From Candidatus Bathyarchaeia archaeon (GTDB lineage: Archaea > Thermoproteota > Bathyarchaeia > 40CM-2-53-6), in contig JBEKVV010000004.1 of NCBI GenBank assembly GCA_049513715.1, forward strand, positions 32,001 to 96,000: a DNA stretch of 64,000 nt. Direction: 5' to 3'. The position numbers were made by a program, and so were the translations under genes. Shown here one piece after another: positions 20,586 to 30,258 of the stretch; position 1 is the first letter of the stretch; every line of letters starts with the position of its first letter. The notes below the pieces were generated by a model. That model was not told where the DNA came from, ran no database searches, and saw only the letters and a program-made list of their open reading frames with translations.

Positions 20586-20702
20586 ATGGCAACAATAGTG
20601 ATTTCGTTGAGCGACTGGTCGAATCAGCCAGCGCTGGAAGTGAGTTGGCCTCCAAGAAACAGCAGGCCAATTCCCGGTTGGCCAGGCGGCCCCCACATGT
20701 AA
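20586..20702 (+). CDS. 38-aa small ORF, possible leader peptide (not in ORF track)
   Basis: AGGTGA upstream; MATIVISLSDWSNQPALEVSWPPRNSRPIPGWPGGPHM*. Confidence 0.4.
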   Translation: MATIVISLSDWSNQPALEVSWPPRNSRPIPGWPGGPHM

Positions 20703-20725
20703 CTTGAGGAAGGAGGTGAAAGATT

Positions 20726-20860
20726 ATGTGCTATGAACACGGAGGACGACATTTCCTTACAAAGGAAGAAAAGATTGAGTGGCTCGAAGAATACAAAGGC
20801 AGTCTGGAGAAGGAACTGACAGGCGTCACAGAGAGAATCCAAGAGCTAAAGAAGAACTAG
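20726..20860 (+). CDS. 44-aa coiled-coil small protein, DUF5320-like (not in ORF track)
   Basis: Strong GGAGGTGA SD; MCYEHGGRHFLTKEEKIEWLEEYKGSLEKELTGVTERIQELKKN*. Confidence 0.75.
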   Translation: MCYEHGGRHFLTKEEKIEWLEEYKGSLEKELTGVTERIQELKKN

Positions 20861-20995
20861 CCACCAGTCGTGTGAGGTCGGAAAATCCATTTCTCTTCTT
20901 CCCATTTTCTAGTTAGCAAACTCATCGGACGAAGAGCAAACGATTAAGGTTCGAACGCGGTCTAGGCGACCGCGGCGCAAGGATGGGTTTGTAGA

Positions 20996-21355
20996 TTGGA
21001 TCTCAAACATACGGTCAACTTGCTAATCTACGCATCAGTTGCGTTTGGGGTAGTTCTTCTCCCCCAGTTGTACCTCCTCGTTCCAGTTTGGCTGTTTTAC
21101 TCAGTTCTAACGGGATGGGCGGTTTACGTTGTGGTTGCCTTGGCCGTGGCGACTGGCCACAAAGTTGGGTATCCAATCGCTTTCATTTTGGCATTGGTGA
21201 CGTTGCTCGTTTCGCTTCCGCAACCCGAACATTACTCGTTCGTAGAGGCAGGGGTTTCACTGGCTTCAATCACTTTCCTGGCAGGTTCCTTGCTTCAAAT
21301 TGCTTTACTGATCTTGATACCGTTGTATCTCGTAAAAGAGCGGCACAAACGCTAG
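20996..21355 (+). CDS. Small hypothetical membrane protein (~4 TM)
   Basis: Hydrophobic helices, basic C-terminus. Confidence 0.65.
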   Translation: MDLKHTVNLLIYASVAFGVVLLPQLYLLVPVWLFYSVLTGWAVYVVVALAVATGHKVGYPIAFILALVTLLVSLPQPEHYSFVEAGVSLASITFLAGSLLQIALLILIPLYLVKERHKR

Positions 21356-21376
21356 TTGCTGCGCGGCTCCACAGCT

Positions 21377-21628
21377 TTAGAGTCCTAACTGTTTCTTGAT
21401 TTCTGCCTCATCGACGCCAAGGATTTCAAGCACTTTCATATTGGAATGGAACCCGCCCACTATCCTTACACTCGACGAGGACACGCGGAGCCTGCGGCTC
21501 AACCATTTCACAATTTCCCGATTCGCTTTCCCCTTCGAAGGCGGAGCAGCAACATGCATCGTGATTGTACCGTCAAGTTCCCGGATCAGCTTAGTTTCGC
21601 GGCTCAGAGGCTTAACGTGCACCTTCAA
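21377..21628 (-). CDS. DUF167/YggU family protein
   Basis: VHVKP...AAPPSKGKANREIV...VRIVGG. Confidence 0.85.
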   Translation of the reverse strand: MKVHVKPLSRETKLIRELDGTITMHVAAPPSKGKANREIVKWLSRRLRVSSSSVRIVGGFHSNMKVLEILGVDEAEIKKQLGL

Positions 21629-21676
21629 CTTTGAACTTGTTGTGAGGTCTAATTCGATTGCCTTCAGTTGGTTGAA

Positions 21677-22171
21677 CTAGATGTCTTCTCCAGCCATGTC
21701 GCGCAGTCGGCGGTGCCATTCAGGGAATGTGTATTCGCTGAGTGCGTAGCTCTCTTTGTATGGTTTGATATCCAAAATGGGTGTACCATCGAAACAGTCT
21801 AGCCCTTGCACAAGCAGCTTCCCGCCTTCTCTTCGAATGAGCTTCACTAGGGACAACCCGATTGGGTTTGGTCTGGTAGGAGAGTCTATGGCAAAGACTC
21901 CGACAAGCGGGAGTTCTTCAAGCTTGAAGCCCTTCCTGAGCAACCGGCGGGGTTTGACTTTCAACGGGCCAATCTGGTCCGGCCGAAGCTTATTCAGGTA
22001 AGTTAGCACGAAAATGTGCGAGCAACCATCCAACCCCTCCAATCCTTCTAGGAACTCAGGCAGGATTTCAATCGTCGAAATGACCTCCTTCCTACCTTCT
22101 TTCATCTGGTCATCCGAAGCTTGGGTCCGCACAGTTCCGATAGGCCGAAACGTCACTTTGGTTTCACCCAT
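21677..22171 (-). CDS. tsaA: TrmO/TsaA family tRNA methyltransferase-like protein
   Basis: FRPIG, GVFAIDSPTRPNPIGLS, GLDCFDGTPILDIKPY. Confidence 0.85.
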   Translation of the reverse strand: MGETKVTFRPIGTVRTQASDDQMKEGRKEVISTIEILPEFLEGLEGLDGCSHIFVLTYLNKLRPDQIGPLKVKPRRLLRKGFKLEELPLVGVFAIDSPTRPNPIGLSLVKLIRREGGKLLVQGLDCFDGTPILDIKPYKESYALSEYTFPEWHRRLRDMAGEDI

Positions 22172-22270
22172 TTTCTTGCCCTCAACAGTTGAAGTAGGCT
22201 ATGGGCTGAGTTGTGGGGAACCTAGAATAAGATTTATTGCGACTCCAGCAGAGCATGGATTTGGTCTCAT

Positions 22271-22525
22271 TTGGACAGTATTAGCGTAACTGTCGTGTAT
22301 CTTGGCCAGGCCCGCGAGGTAGCAGGGACCAAAGAAGACCAGTTTGCCCTAACTAGCCCCGCGAAAATCGAACACGCGTTCACGCAGGCAGTTAGCGCTC
22401 ATCCAGGACTAGCTAAGATGAAAGAAATCATCCGTCCCCTCCTGAACGGCCAATGGGCGAAGGAGAACGCAGAACTCAAAGACGGAGATCGAGTCGCTCT
22501 TCTACCGCCAGTCGGCGGCGGCTAG
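22271..22525 (+). CDS. moaD: MoaD/ThiS sulfur carrier
   Basis: LKDGDRVALLPPVGGG C-terminal diglycine; adjacent to moeA. Confidence 0.88.
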   Translation: MDSISVTVVYLGQAREVAGTKEDQFALTSPAKIEHAFTQAVSAHPGLAKMKEIIRPLLNGQWAKENAELKDGDRVALLPPVGGG

Positions 22526-22679
22526 ACAACTCCAATTATCTGACCTAAGACGACTGATTTTCGTCATCTACTTTCAAAGTGTTGAGGACAAAAACTGATG
22601 AGGCACTCCAGCCGTATCCTTTTAACCGAAACCCAGTAGCAAAGTCTTCATTCGCTAAATGCAAAAAAGCTGAGGAAAA

Positions 22680-23981
22680 TTGGCTTCGCACTCTGAACAC
22701 AGCGGTCATGACGTCTGTGGAACAGGCTTCAAGCACTTGACTCCAGTACGCGAAGCTCTTGGCATTGTTGTCAAAAATCTCCCAAAGAAGTCGCCTGCAG
22801 TTGAGACTATTCCTGCCACCTCTGCGTTGGGTCGCGTGCTCGCCGCGGATGTTGTTTCAGGCGTGGATGTCCCATCGTTTGACAGAGCCGCTATGGATGG
22901 GTACGCTGTGACAGCAGAGGACACGTACGGCGCGAGTGTTACCGCGCCAGTTTTCCTGCGGAATGTCGGGAGTGTTCCAATAGGGGTTCCTCCCAATGTG
23001 CATCTGGCTAAGGGCCAGACGGTTGCAATTGTCACTGGTGCTCAGATGCCGCAAGGCGCGAATGCGGTCGTGATGGTTGAACATTCCAAGCAGCGTTCCG
23101 ATGGGACTGTTGAGTTGTCAGACGAGGTTCATCCCATTGAGAATGTCTCAAGAATGGGCGAAGATGTTCGAAGGGGAGTCGTCGTTCTCAAGAAGGGAAC
23201 AATGGCCCTACCGCAAGATCTCGGGATGCTGACATATTTGGGAATTCATGAGGTAACTGTTGCGCGCAGACTGCGTGTTGGCATTCTGTCCACTGGCAAT
23301 GAACTTCATGAAGGTTCAGAGCCAGAACCAAGCAAGATTCCGGATGTGAACCGCCCGTCACTGAAGGGAGCCGTTCAGCAGTTGGGATGCGAGCCATTCG
23401 ATTTGGGTATTGTACCGGACGATCGAGATAAGATCCGTAATGCGCTAGCCCGCGGGATTGAAAAATGCGACGTCGTGCTCGTTACTGCTGGCACTTCGGT
23501 TGGCCCAGGGGACATGGTGCCCGAAATCATAGATTCCTTGGGCAAACCGGGAATGCTAGTTCATGGCGTTGCGATGCGCCCCTCTATGCCGGCTGGATTG
23601 GCGGTCGTCGAGGGCAAACCGGTTGTTTCATTGCCGGGGTATCCGGTCTCAGCTTACATTGCCTTTCTGGAATTCGTGCCTCCTCTTGTGGAGCACATGC
23701 TCGGAACAAGATTTCTTCCACGGCCAACAGTCAAAGCTAACCTGACACGTCGCGTCACAGGTGTCCTAGGGTCTCGCACCTACTTGCGCGTAACCGTTAG
23801 GTCGACTGAAGAAGGGCTCGTCGTGGAGCCTGTAAGAACCTCGGGGGCCGGTATTCTAAGCAGCTTAGTTCAAGCCAACGGATTCATCATCGTCCCTGAG
23901 AACGTGGAGGGTTACGAGGAGGGGCAGCTCGTCGAAGTAGAGCTCTTTCGGCCATTGGAGAAGGAAAACCTTGTCGAGTAA
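22680..23981 (+). CDS. moeA: Molybdopterin molybdotransferase MoeA
   Basis: PSFDRAAMDGYA, TGAQMPQGANAVVMVE, STGNEL, GTSVG, LPGYP. Confidence 0.93.
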   Translation: MASHSEHSGHDVCGTGFKHLTPVREALGIVVKNLPKKSPAVETIPATSALGRVLAADVVSGVDVPSFDRAAMDGYAVTAEDTYGASVTAPVFLRNVGSVPIGVPPNVHLAKGQTVAIVTGAQMPQGANAVVMVEHSKQRSDGTVELSDEVHPIENVSRMGEDVRRGVVVLKKGTMALPQDLGMLTYLGIHEVTVARRLRVGILSTGNELHEGSEPEPSKIPDVNRPSLKGAVQQLGCEPFDLGIVPDDRDKIRNALARGIEKCDVVLVTAGTSVGPGDMVPEIIDSLGKPGMLVHGVAMRPSMPAGLAVVEGKPVVSLPGYPVSAYIAFLEFVPPLVEHMLGTRFLPRPTVKANLTRRVTGVLGSRTYLRVTVRSTEEGLVVEPVRTSGAGILSSLVQANGFIIVPENVEGYEEGQLVEVELFRPLEKENLVE

Positions 23982-25971
23982 GAGAAAGATATTTCGCGAA
24001 CTTCGCAGCTTGGAGGACGCTCTTACCACTCTTACGAAAGCATGGTCTGCGACGCCTCTGCCAACCGAGAAGGTTACACTTGAGAATTCACTCGATAGAG
24101 TTCTTGCTGAGGATGTCTTCTCGACCATCGATGTTCCAGGCTTTGACCGTGCAGCCATGGACGGTTTTGCGGTGTTGGCCGAAGACACGTTCAACGTGGA
24201 CGAGCAACATGCTGTGAAGTTGAAAGTGCTCGGTGAACTGGAGGCAGGCGACGCATCCGAGTATGATGCTTCACGAGGTGAGGCCATTGAGATCGCCACA
24301 GGCGCACCAATGCCAAAAGGAGCGAACGCAGTCGTCATGGTGGAGTTTACCAAAAAGGAAAACGGTGACGTGGCAGTTTTCAGACCTGTCTCACCAGGCG
24401 AAAATGTCACCAGCGCCGGCAGCGACGTAATGTCCGGAGAATTGCTGCTCCGGAAATTCCAAATCATAACTCCAAGGGAGGTAGGACTTCTAGCCGCAGC
24501 GGGCATCGAGCAAGTATCCGCCTACTCCAAACCGCGCGTCACCATCTTCTCAAGCGGAAATGAACTCATCAAACCCGGGCAGCCACTTACTTTCGCCAAG
24601 CTCTACGATGTGAACGGCCCTGCAATCACGGCAGCTGTCACAGAGTGTGGCGGGCAACCGAGATTCATGGGAATACTTCCTGACAATTTCGAGACCATCA
24701 AGAATCGACTCAAGGAAGCTCTGGAAGAATCTGACGTCGTCATCTCGTCAGGCAGCACATCCTCAGGACCGGGAGACTTGGTCTATCGAGCTGTTGATGA
24801 ACTAGGCGAACCTGGCGTCCTCGTGCACGGATTAACCATCAAGCCAGGGAAACCTGCCTTGGTGGGGCTGGCAGGCAACAAGTTGATTTTCGGTTTACCT
24901 GGTTACCCCACATCGGCCCTCATGATATTCCATGTGCTTGTCGCTCCCATAATCAGAAGGCTTGCGAACAAAGCCGACGTTCAACCCACAAAGGTTCAAG
25001 CATCCTCGTCAATGAAATTCTTCAAAGCCCGTGGCCGTCGTGAACTGCTTCCCATCCAACTAATCGCCCAGCCAAATGGACAATTGTCAGCTTATCCGAT
25101 GCAGAGTGGCTCCGGCGCGATCAGTTCCTTCGCGCTTGCAGATGGGTTCGCTGATTTTCCTGAAACACAGGAGTACGTGGATGAAGGAGAGAGCATGGAG
25201 GTTGAGCTCTTCGGAAAGGAACTAGTGCCTCCATCCCTTGTAGCAATAGGAAGCCACTGCGTGGGGCTCGATATTGCATTCGCCAAGCTCAGGGAGAAAG
25301 ACCCTACCTTCCTCGGGCGGACTGTCAACGTAGGATCGACTGGAGGGTTCCACGCAATAAGCCGCGGCGAAGCCGACATCGCAGGAGTTCACCTTCAAGA
25401 CGAGAACACTGGGGAATATAACATTCCATTCATCAAGAGTTTCGGTCTCGCAGACACGGTTGTGCTTGTGCGAGGTTACGACAGGGAACAAGGCCTGATC
25501 GTTAAACATGGAAACCCGAAGAAGATCACCGGTGTGGAAGACCTGACTCGGAAGGGTATTCGATTCATAAACCGGAACCGTGGGTCGGGGACTAGGTTCC
25601 TAATCGACAGACATCTCACTAAAGTAGCCAAATCCCATGAGACAGATTTGGAAACCATCTCAGCGAAGATTGAGGGTTACGGATACGAAGCGAAGTCTCA
25701 TTCAGCTGTTGCAGCGGCAATAAAGAATGACCGTGCCGACGTTGGATTCGGCATAAGAACTGTCGCGGTCTCAAATCAACTCGATTTCATCAAATTAGAC
25801 GATGAGAAATACGACTTCCTAATAGCGAAACCTCGCCTCGACAAAGTCTCCGTCAAACGCTTCGTCGAATTGATCAAATCAAGGGAATTCGCTGAATCCC
25901 TGGCACAGAAGGCTCCGGGACTAAGGGCCACTGAACAATCTGGGTTGATTGTTTTTCCTACGAAAACGTAA
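23971..25971 (+). CDS. moeA: MoeA fused to C-terminal PBP-like oxyanion-binding domain
   Basis: PGFDRAAMDGFA, SSGNEL, LPGYP; C-terminal GSHC, GSTGG, INRNRGSGTR. Confidence 0.93.
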   Translation: MSSKRKIFRELRSLEDALTTLTKAWSATPLPTEKVTLENSLDRVLAEDVFSTIDVPGFDRAAMDGFAVLAEDTFNVDEQHAVKLKVLGELEAGDASEYDASRGEAIEIATGAPMPKGANAVVMVEFTKKENGDVAVFRPVSPGENVTSAGSDVMSGELLLRKFQIITPREVGLLAAAGIEQVSAYSKPRVTIFSSGNELIKPGQPLTFAKLYDVNGPAITAAVTECGGQPRFMGILPDNFETIKNRLKEALEESDVVISSGSTSSGPGDLVYRAVDELGEPGVLVHGLTIKPGKPALVGLAGNKLIFGLPGYPTSALMIFHVLVAPIIRRLANKADVQPTKVQASSSMKFFKARGRRELLPIQLIAQPNGQLSAYPMQSGSGAISSFALADGFADFPETQEYVDEGESMEVELFGKELVPPSLVAIGSHCVGLDIAFAKLREKDPTFLGRTVNVGSTGGFHAISRGEADIAGVHLQDENTGEYNIPFIKSFGLADTVVLVRGYDREQGLIVKHGNPKKITGVEDLTRKGIRFINRNRGSGTRFLIDRHLTKVAKSHETDLETISAKIEGYGYEAKSHSAVAAAIKNDRADVGFGIRTVAVSNQLDFIKLDDEKYDFLIAKPRLDKVSVKRFVELIKSREFAESLAQKAPGLRATEQSGLIVFPTKT

Positions 25972-25987
25972 CTCGTAATCAAAGAAC

Positions 25988-26209
25988 CTATTCTTTCGCG
26001 ACCATGACCTCAGTGGCCTTTATCACTGCCGAAGCCTTGTCGCCACGTTGCAGTTTGAGGTCCTCAACGGCTTCCTTGCTTATCAGAGCAGTTATCGTGA
26101 TTGGCCCTTCGACTTTTATCTTCACGGAAGCAGTTACCGCACCTTTCTCGACGTTTTCAACAGTGCCATTGAATTGATTTCTCGCACTTATTTTCAATTC
26201 TGTTACCAA
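25988..26209 (-). CDS. Molbindin/Mop (TOBE domain) protein
   Basis: ISARNQFNG, AVIKATEVM. Confidence 0.9.
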   Translation of the reverse strand: MVTELKISARNQFNGTVENVEKGAVTASVKIKVEGPITITALISKEAVEDLKLQRGDKASAVIKATEVMVAKE

Positions 26210-26361
26210 CCATCAAGCGATTCCACAGTTTTCCGTCATCGGTAATAACACTATTGCAGTCTTCCAACAAGGCGACAGTCAGGCAATTCGCGCGCATTGG
26301 AACCACGATGGGCACAAGATTGGCAATCTGCCGACACGCCACATCCTACTCAGGGCGGGTA

Positions 26362-27465
26362 TCAAGAGACTGCTCGGCCGGTTTGACGTGAGAACTTGAT
26401 TCCCGGAGTCGCTTCAACTTTTCTTTGGAACTCTCTGGATCTCAGAACATTGAAGAACCCGCGAACATATGGGCTCCTAATCCTCTTCTCTACTAAGAAG
26501 TCGTACGATTCTTCTGCAATAGGAACAAAATCCAACTTCTCCTCGACAGCAATCGATGTCAAGCCGATCCCTACATCCGCTCGCCTTAACGTTACGGCGT
26601 CCGCGACTTCCTTGTGAGTCATCATCTCCGACTCGTATCCTCTTATTCGCTTCGTCAATGTCTCGAAATCAATGCTCTTCGTTCTTGCCAGGTCGTGCAG
26701 TTTTCTGTCCAACAGAATCCTTGTCCCCGATCCTAAGTTTCGGTTTGCGAGCTTCACGTCCCGTCGTAGAAGGTCGTCTATTCCTCTGATTCCTTTAGGA
26801 TTCCCCTTTCTCACCATCAGGCATTGCTGTCTCTTGTAGCCACGGATCAATACACACGAGCGCGATAATCCGAATTTTGAGAGGAGAGGTAGATTGTAGC
26901 TCGATTCCGTTTCATCGAGTATGTGTATACCCGCTACGTCAGCCTGCCTAAGCATCATAGCGGTAAGGCCTGCCCATGACCCGACATTGAGAATCTGGTA
27001 TTTCATTCTCGGATTGTCTTCATGCAACCAACGCAATGCCTCTTCCACTACCACGCAGTGGCTACCTATGAAGGATAAATTCGGGCGAGAGCCTTCCGCG
27101 AGGTGCGCGTAGGTTTCCAATAATGCCTTTCCTGTGATGAATTGGCGCACTTTGGAGTCGAGTTCTGAGTAGGCTTGAAGCAGCTGCTTCCCCTGAGTAG
27201 TCAATTCAGCTCTGCCGCCTTTGGCTCCCCCTCGCTCCGAATGCACGACTTTCTGGCCTACGGATCGCTCGATTTGAGCGATTGAATTCCACAGGAACGC
27301 GTAGGAGAGGCTCAGAGTGCGCGCAGCCTCTGAGAAACTCCCGGTTTGATCTACTGCTCTCAGCATCTGGGCTTCAAGCTCACCAATCACCTTTCGGCTT
27401 CCGAAGCCAAGAGAAACAGTATATGCGGGGTACAGCTTGAGGCCTTTCGTTAGACCTCTCTTCAC
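26362..27465 (-). CDS. ModE-like wHTH regulator fused to PBP-like domain
   Basis: GSFSEAARTLSLSY, ERGGAKGGRAELT; GSHC, NRNLGSGTR. Confidence 0.85.
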   Translation of the reverse strand: MKRGLTKGLKLYPAYTVSLGFGSRKVIGELEAQMLRAVDQTGSFSEAARTLSLSYAFLWNSIAQIERSVGQKVVHSERGGAKGGRAELTTQGKQLLQAYSELDSKVRQFITGKALLETYAHLAEGSRPNLSFIGSHCVVVEEALRWLHEDNPRMKYQILNVGSWAGLTAMMLRQADVAGIHILDETESSYNLPLLSKFGLSRSCVLIRGYKRQQCLMVRKGNPKGIRGIDDLLRRDVKLANRNLGSGTRILLDRKLHDLARTKSIDFETLTKRIRGYESEMMTHKEVADAVTLRRADVGIGLTSIAVEEKLDFVPIAEESYDFLVEKRIRSPYVRGFFNVLRSREFQRKVEATPGIKFSRQTGRAVS

Positions 27466-27484
27466 GCATACACCAGCCTAGTGT

Positions 27485-28198
27485 TCAGAATTGTAGTTCT
27501 CCATTTATGAATAGCTTCGTTCTTTCATCACGTGGGTTGGCAAAGAAACTGGCTGTTTCTCCTTCTTCAACTACGCGTCCTTGGTAGAGGTGGACTGCTC
27601 GGTGAGACAGGCGTCTTGCTTGTGGAAGATTGTGTGTGGTAAGTATGACAATCCGAGAGCGTGCCGCTTCCTTAATGCTCTGTTCGATGATCGTCGTGTT
27701 CGCGGGGTCGAGATTTGCTGTGGGTTCATCGATGAGAAGAACTGCTCTCTCGAGTGCCAGTGCTCGTGCTATGGCAACACGTTGTTGTTCGCCGCTCGAC
27801 AGTTTGCGGGCTTTCCGCTTTTCAAAGCCATCCAGGTTCACAATCGCTAGTGCTGATTTGACTTTCTCTGCAATATCTCGCCGGGGAATTTGATTGATCC
27901 GCAGGCCATACGCAATATTATCGTATACTCTTCCTCCGAGCATGATGCTCTTCTGAAATACCATCGTGCAATAGTTCCTGAGTTCCTCTGCTGTGACTCC
28001 TCTGGCGTCGATGAGGATTGTTCCCTTACTAGGTTCATCGAGCCCAGCAAGAAGCCTAAGCAGTGTAGTCTTTCCCGAACCGTTTACTCCTACTACTGCT
28101 GTGATGTTCTCAGACGGGGCTCTGACGCTGACTTGGCTTAGCGCCAGTAAACCATCATATGTCTTAGTTATGTTGAGGGTCTCAATATGCGAGGTCAT
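27485..28198 (-). CDS. tupC: Tungstate ABC transporter ATPase
   Basis: GVNGSGKTT, LSSGEQQR, DEPTANLD. Confidence 0.85.
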   Translation of the reverse strand: MTSHIETLNITKTYDGLLALSQVSVRAPSENITAVVGVNGSGKTTLLRLLAGLDEPSKGTILIDARGVTAEELRNYCTMVFQKSIMLGGRVYDNIAYGLRINQIPRRDIAEKVKSALAIVNLDGFEKRKARKLSSGEQQRVAIARALALERAVLLIDEPTANLDPANTTIIEQSIKEAARSRIVILTTHNLPQARRLSHRAVHLYQGRVVEEGETASFFANPRDERTKLFINGELQF

Positions 28199-28914
28199 CG
28201 CGATGGCCTCCTTGCAAGGCTGACTATGATGCTCAGGGACAACACGATACCTAGCAGGATAATGCTCAGTGCGATGCTGAGTGCGATTTCGCCCATTGCG
28301 GTTTGCAATGCTATTGCAGTAGTCAGCACACGCGTGACGTTTCGGATGTTACCGCCGAGCATCATCGCAACTCCCAACTCCGCGAAGGCTCTGTTGAAGG
28401 CAGCTAAAATCGCTAAGACCACTCCCCAGAACGCTTCCCGGAGAACAACGGCGTCGGTCTGGAGGCCTGAAGCCCCAAGGGTCCTTGCGAGTGTTCTTAC
28501 TTCAGGGTCGACGGATTCCAGTGCACTGGTAGTGAAGCTTACAATAATCGGAGTAACTAGTACGCATTGGCCAATTATGATGGCGTAGGGTGTGTAAAGT
28601 AGTTGAAAGTAGCCGAGCGGGCCGCTTCTTGAGAGCAGCAAGTACAGGTACAATCCTAAGGCGACTGTAGGTATCCCTATCAGAGCGTTGAAGAGGCCCT
28701 TCAAAGCTCGTTTTCCGGGGAGATTGCGAAACGCGAGAACCGCTGAAATCGGCATGCTCCAGATGCAGGAGAGCAGAGTCCCGCATATGGAAACGAATAG
28801 GGAAAGGGCGGTTATGGCGTATACTTCGGGGTCGCCTGAAAGTATCAGGTTGATGGCGCGGACTATGCCTTCAGTAATTGGGTCCAGTACGCCATCTTCC
28901 TCTCCGTGACCCAT
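28195..28914 (-). CDS. tupB: Tungstate ABC transporter permease
   Basis: LLLSRSGPLG, MMLGGNIRNVTRVLTTAI; start uncertain. Confidence 0.88.
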   Translation of the reverse strand: MGHGEEDGVLDPITEGIVRAINLILSGDPEVYAITALSLFVSICGTLLSCIWSMPISAVLAFRNLPGKRALKGLFNALIGIPTVALGLYLYLLLSRSGPLGYFQLLYTPYAIIIGQCVLVTPIIVSFTTSALESVDPEVRTLARTLGASGLQTDAVVLREAFWGVVLAILAAFNRAFAELGVAMMLGGNIRNVTRVLTTAIALQTAMGEIALSIALSIILLGIVLSLSIIVSLARRPSR

Positions 28915-29936
28915 GCGGGCAATACGAGCAGTTGAGGCGCAGATCCTTGTGCTGGATATAGATCATCCGCCTGATAACGGAACTGTGGCGGGCACTCCGA
29001 ACCTTGGAAGAATGCGTAAGCTTTGATCCATCCGAGCAATGTCTGGTTGCTCTGGCTCTTGGCTAGTGGAATATAGGGTGCGAACAGGGCTTGGCCATAG
29101 TTGCTGACGCCGTAGTTAGCGAACAGTTGCTGGCCTTCATCTGAGACTAGGTATCGAATGAGTTGCATGGCGCCGGCGTAGTTGGCTTTGGTCATGTTGG
29201 CGTTGTTTGGGTTGTCAGCGATGGCGCTGTACACGTTGAGCATGCTCTTGCTTGCTCCGATGAGTAGCACGAGGTCGATGTTGTGATTGTTGAAATTCTG
29301 CAGGTATGTACCCATGTCTGAGAGGGTGTAGGCACGTTTCTGGTTGGCTAGCTGGAGCGTAGCCGTCATTCCACTGCCAGCCTCTAAGTACCATTTCTCT
29401 GTCCTAAGCTGCTTGACGTCTAGGCCTGCCGACTTCCACAGACTAACCTCTTTCGTATATGTTCCAGAGTTGTCTCCTCTGGAGGCCCAGACTGCTGTGC
29501 CGTTCAACCCAGCGGCCCTTAGCAGCTTCAATGCGTCTGTTGGTGATTTGCCCGCGATTCCAGCAGGATCCGTTGATGGTCCAACGATTATGAAGAAGTT
29601 GTAGGCTAGGATTTTGCGGTTGACTCCGTAGCTTCCGTTGAGGAATTGGTATTCGCTACTTGGGGCGTGCACGAAAATCATGTCCGCGTCACCTCGCATT
29701 GCCGTTTGGATTGCCAGCCCGGTGCCCTGGGAGATGAAGGAAACGTTCGTGCCCGGATACTTGGCCTCATAGCTTGTCTTGATTACGTCAAGAAAGCCGG
29801 TCTCGTACAAGCTGGTGGTTGAGGAGACGATCAGCCGAGCTTTCGGAGGCGTGCTAAGAGTTGAATACGCATATGCTGCCACTCCGATTGCGCAAACTGC
29901 AACAACAATTAGGATTGAAGCCTGAACCTTAGTCAT
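28863..29936 (-). CDS. tupA: Tungstate ABC transporter substrate-binding protein
   Basis: STTS (TTTS-like), GTGLAI, VHAP, SRGDNSGT, YTLSD; N-terminal anchor; ATG 29936 preferred. Confidence 0.88.
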   Translation of the reverse strand: MTKVQASILIVVAVCAIGVAAYAYSTLSTPPKARLIVSSTTSLYETGFLDVIKTSYEAKYPGTNVSFISQGTGLAIQTAMRGDADMIFVHAPSSEYQFLNGSYGVNRKILAYNFFIIVGPSTDPAGIAGKSPTDALKLLRAAGLNGTAVWASRGDNSGTYTKEVSLWKSAGLDVKQLRTEKWYLEAGSGMTATLQLANQKRAYTLSDMGTYLQNFNNHNIDLVLLIGASKSMLNVYSAIADNPNNANMTKANYAGAMQLIRYLVSDEGQQLFANYGVSNYGQALFAPYIPLAKSQSNQTLLGWIKAYAFFQGSECPPQFRYQADDLYPAQGSAPQLLVLPAWVTERKMAYWTQLLKA

Positions 29937-30258
29937 AGCCGAGCGTGATAGATGTGGAGTCATGGCCTGGACAACGTATTCGTATGAATATAACGTTTTT
30001 TGCAAGAAATCAGCGTTAGGATTCTACTCTCTTCTATTGTCTGACGGTCTCCACTTGGAGAGGGGCGACTAGATCCTAGACCTGTTCAAATGTGCAACTC
30101 AAATTCAATCGCCACGAAGAATTCGCTCACGGTAATATCCAAAGGGTCATTCAAAGCCATGTGGCTCAAGCAGGCCACAGGTGTATCTGAATTCCAGAAC
30201 GCCGGCAGGGCTATCGGAATGTTGGGACCTTATGCTTTCTGAGAGGTCTAGCGGTATT

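Noticed and set aside
20945..20975. tRNA-like element (GGTTCGAA plus CGCGGTC/GACCGCG hairpin)
   Set aside because: No cloverleaf or acceptor stem could be built.
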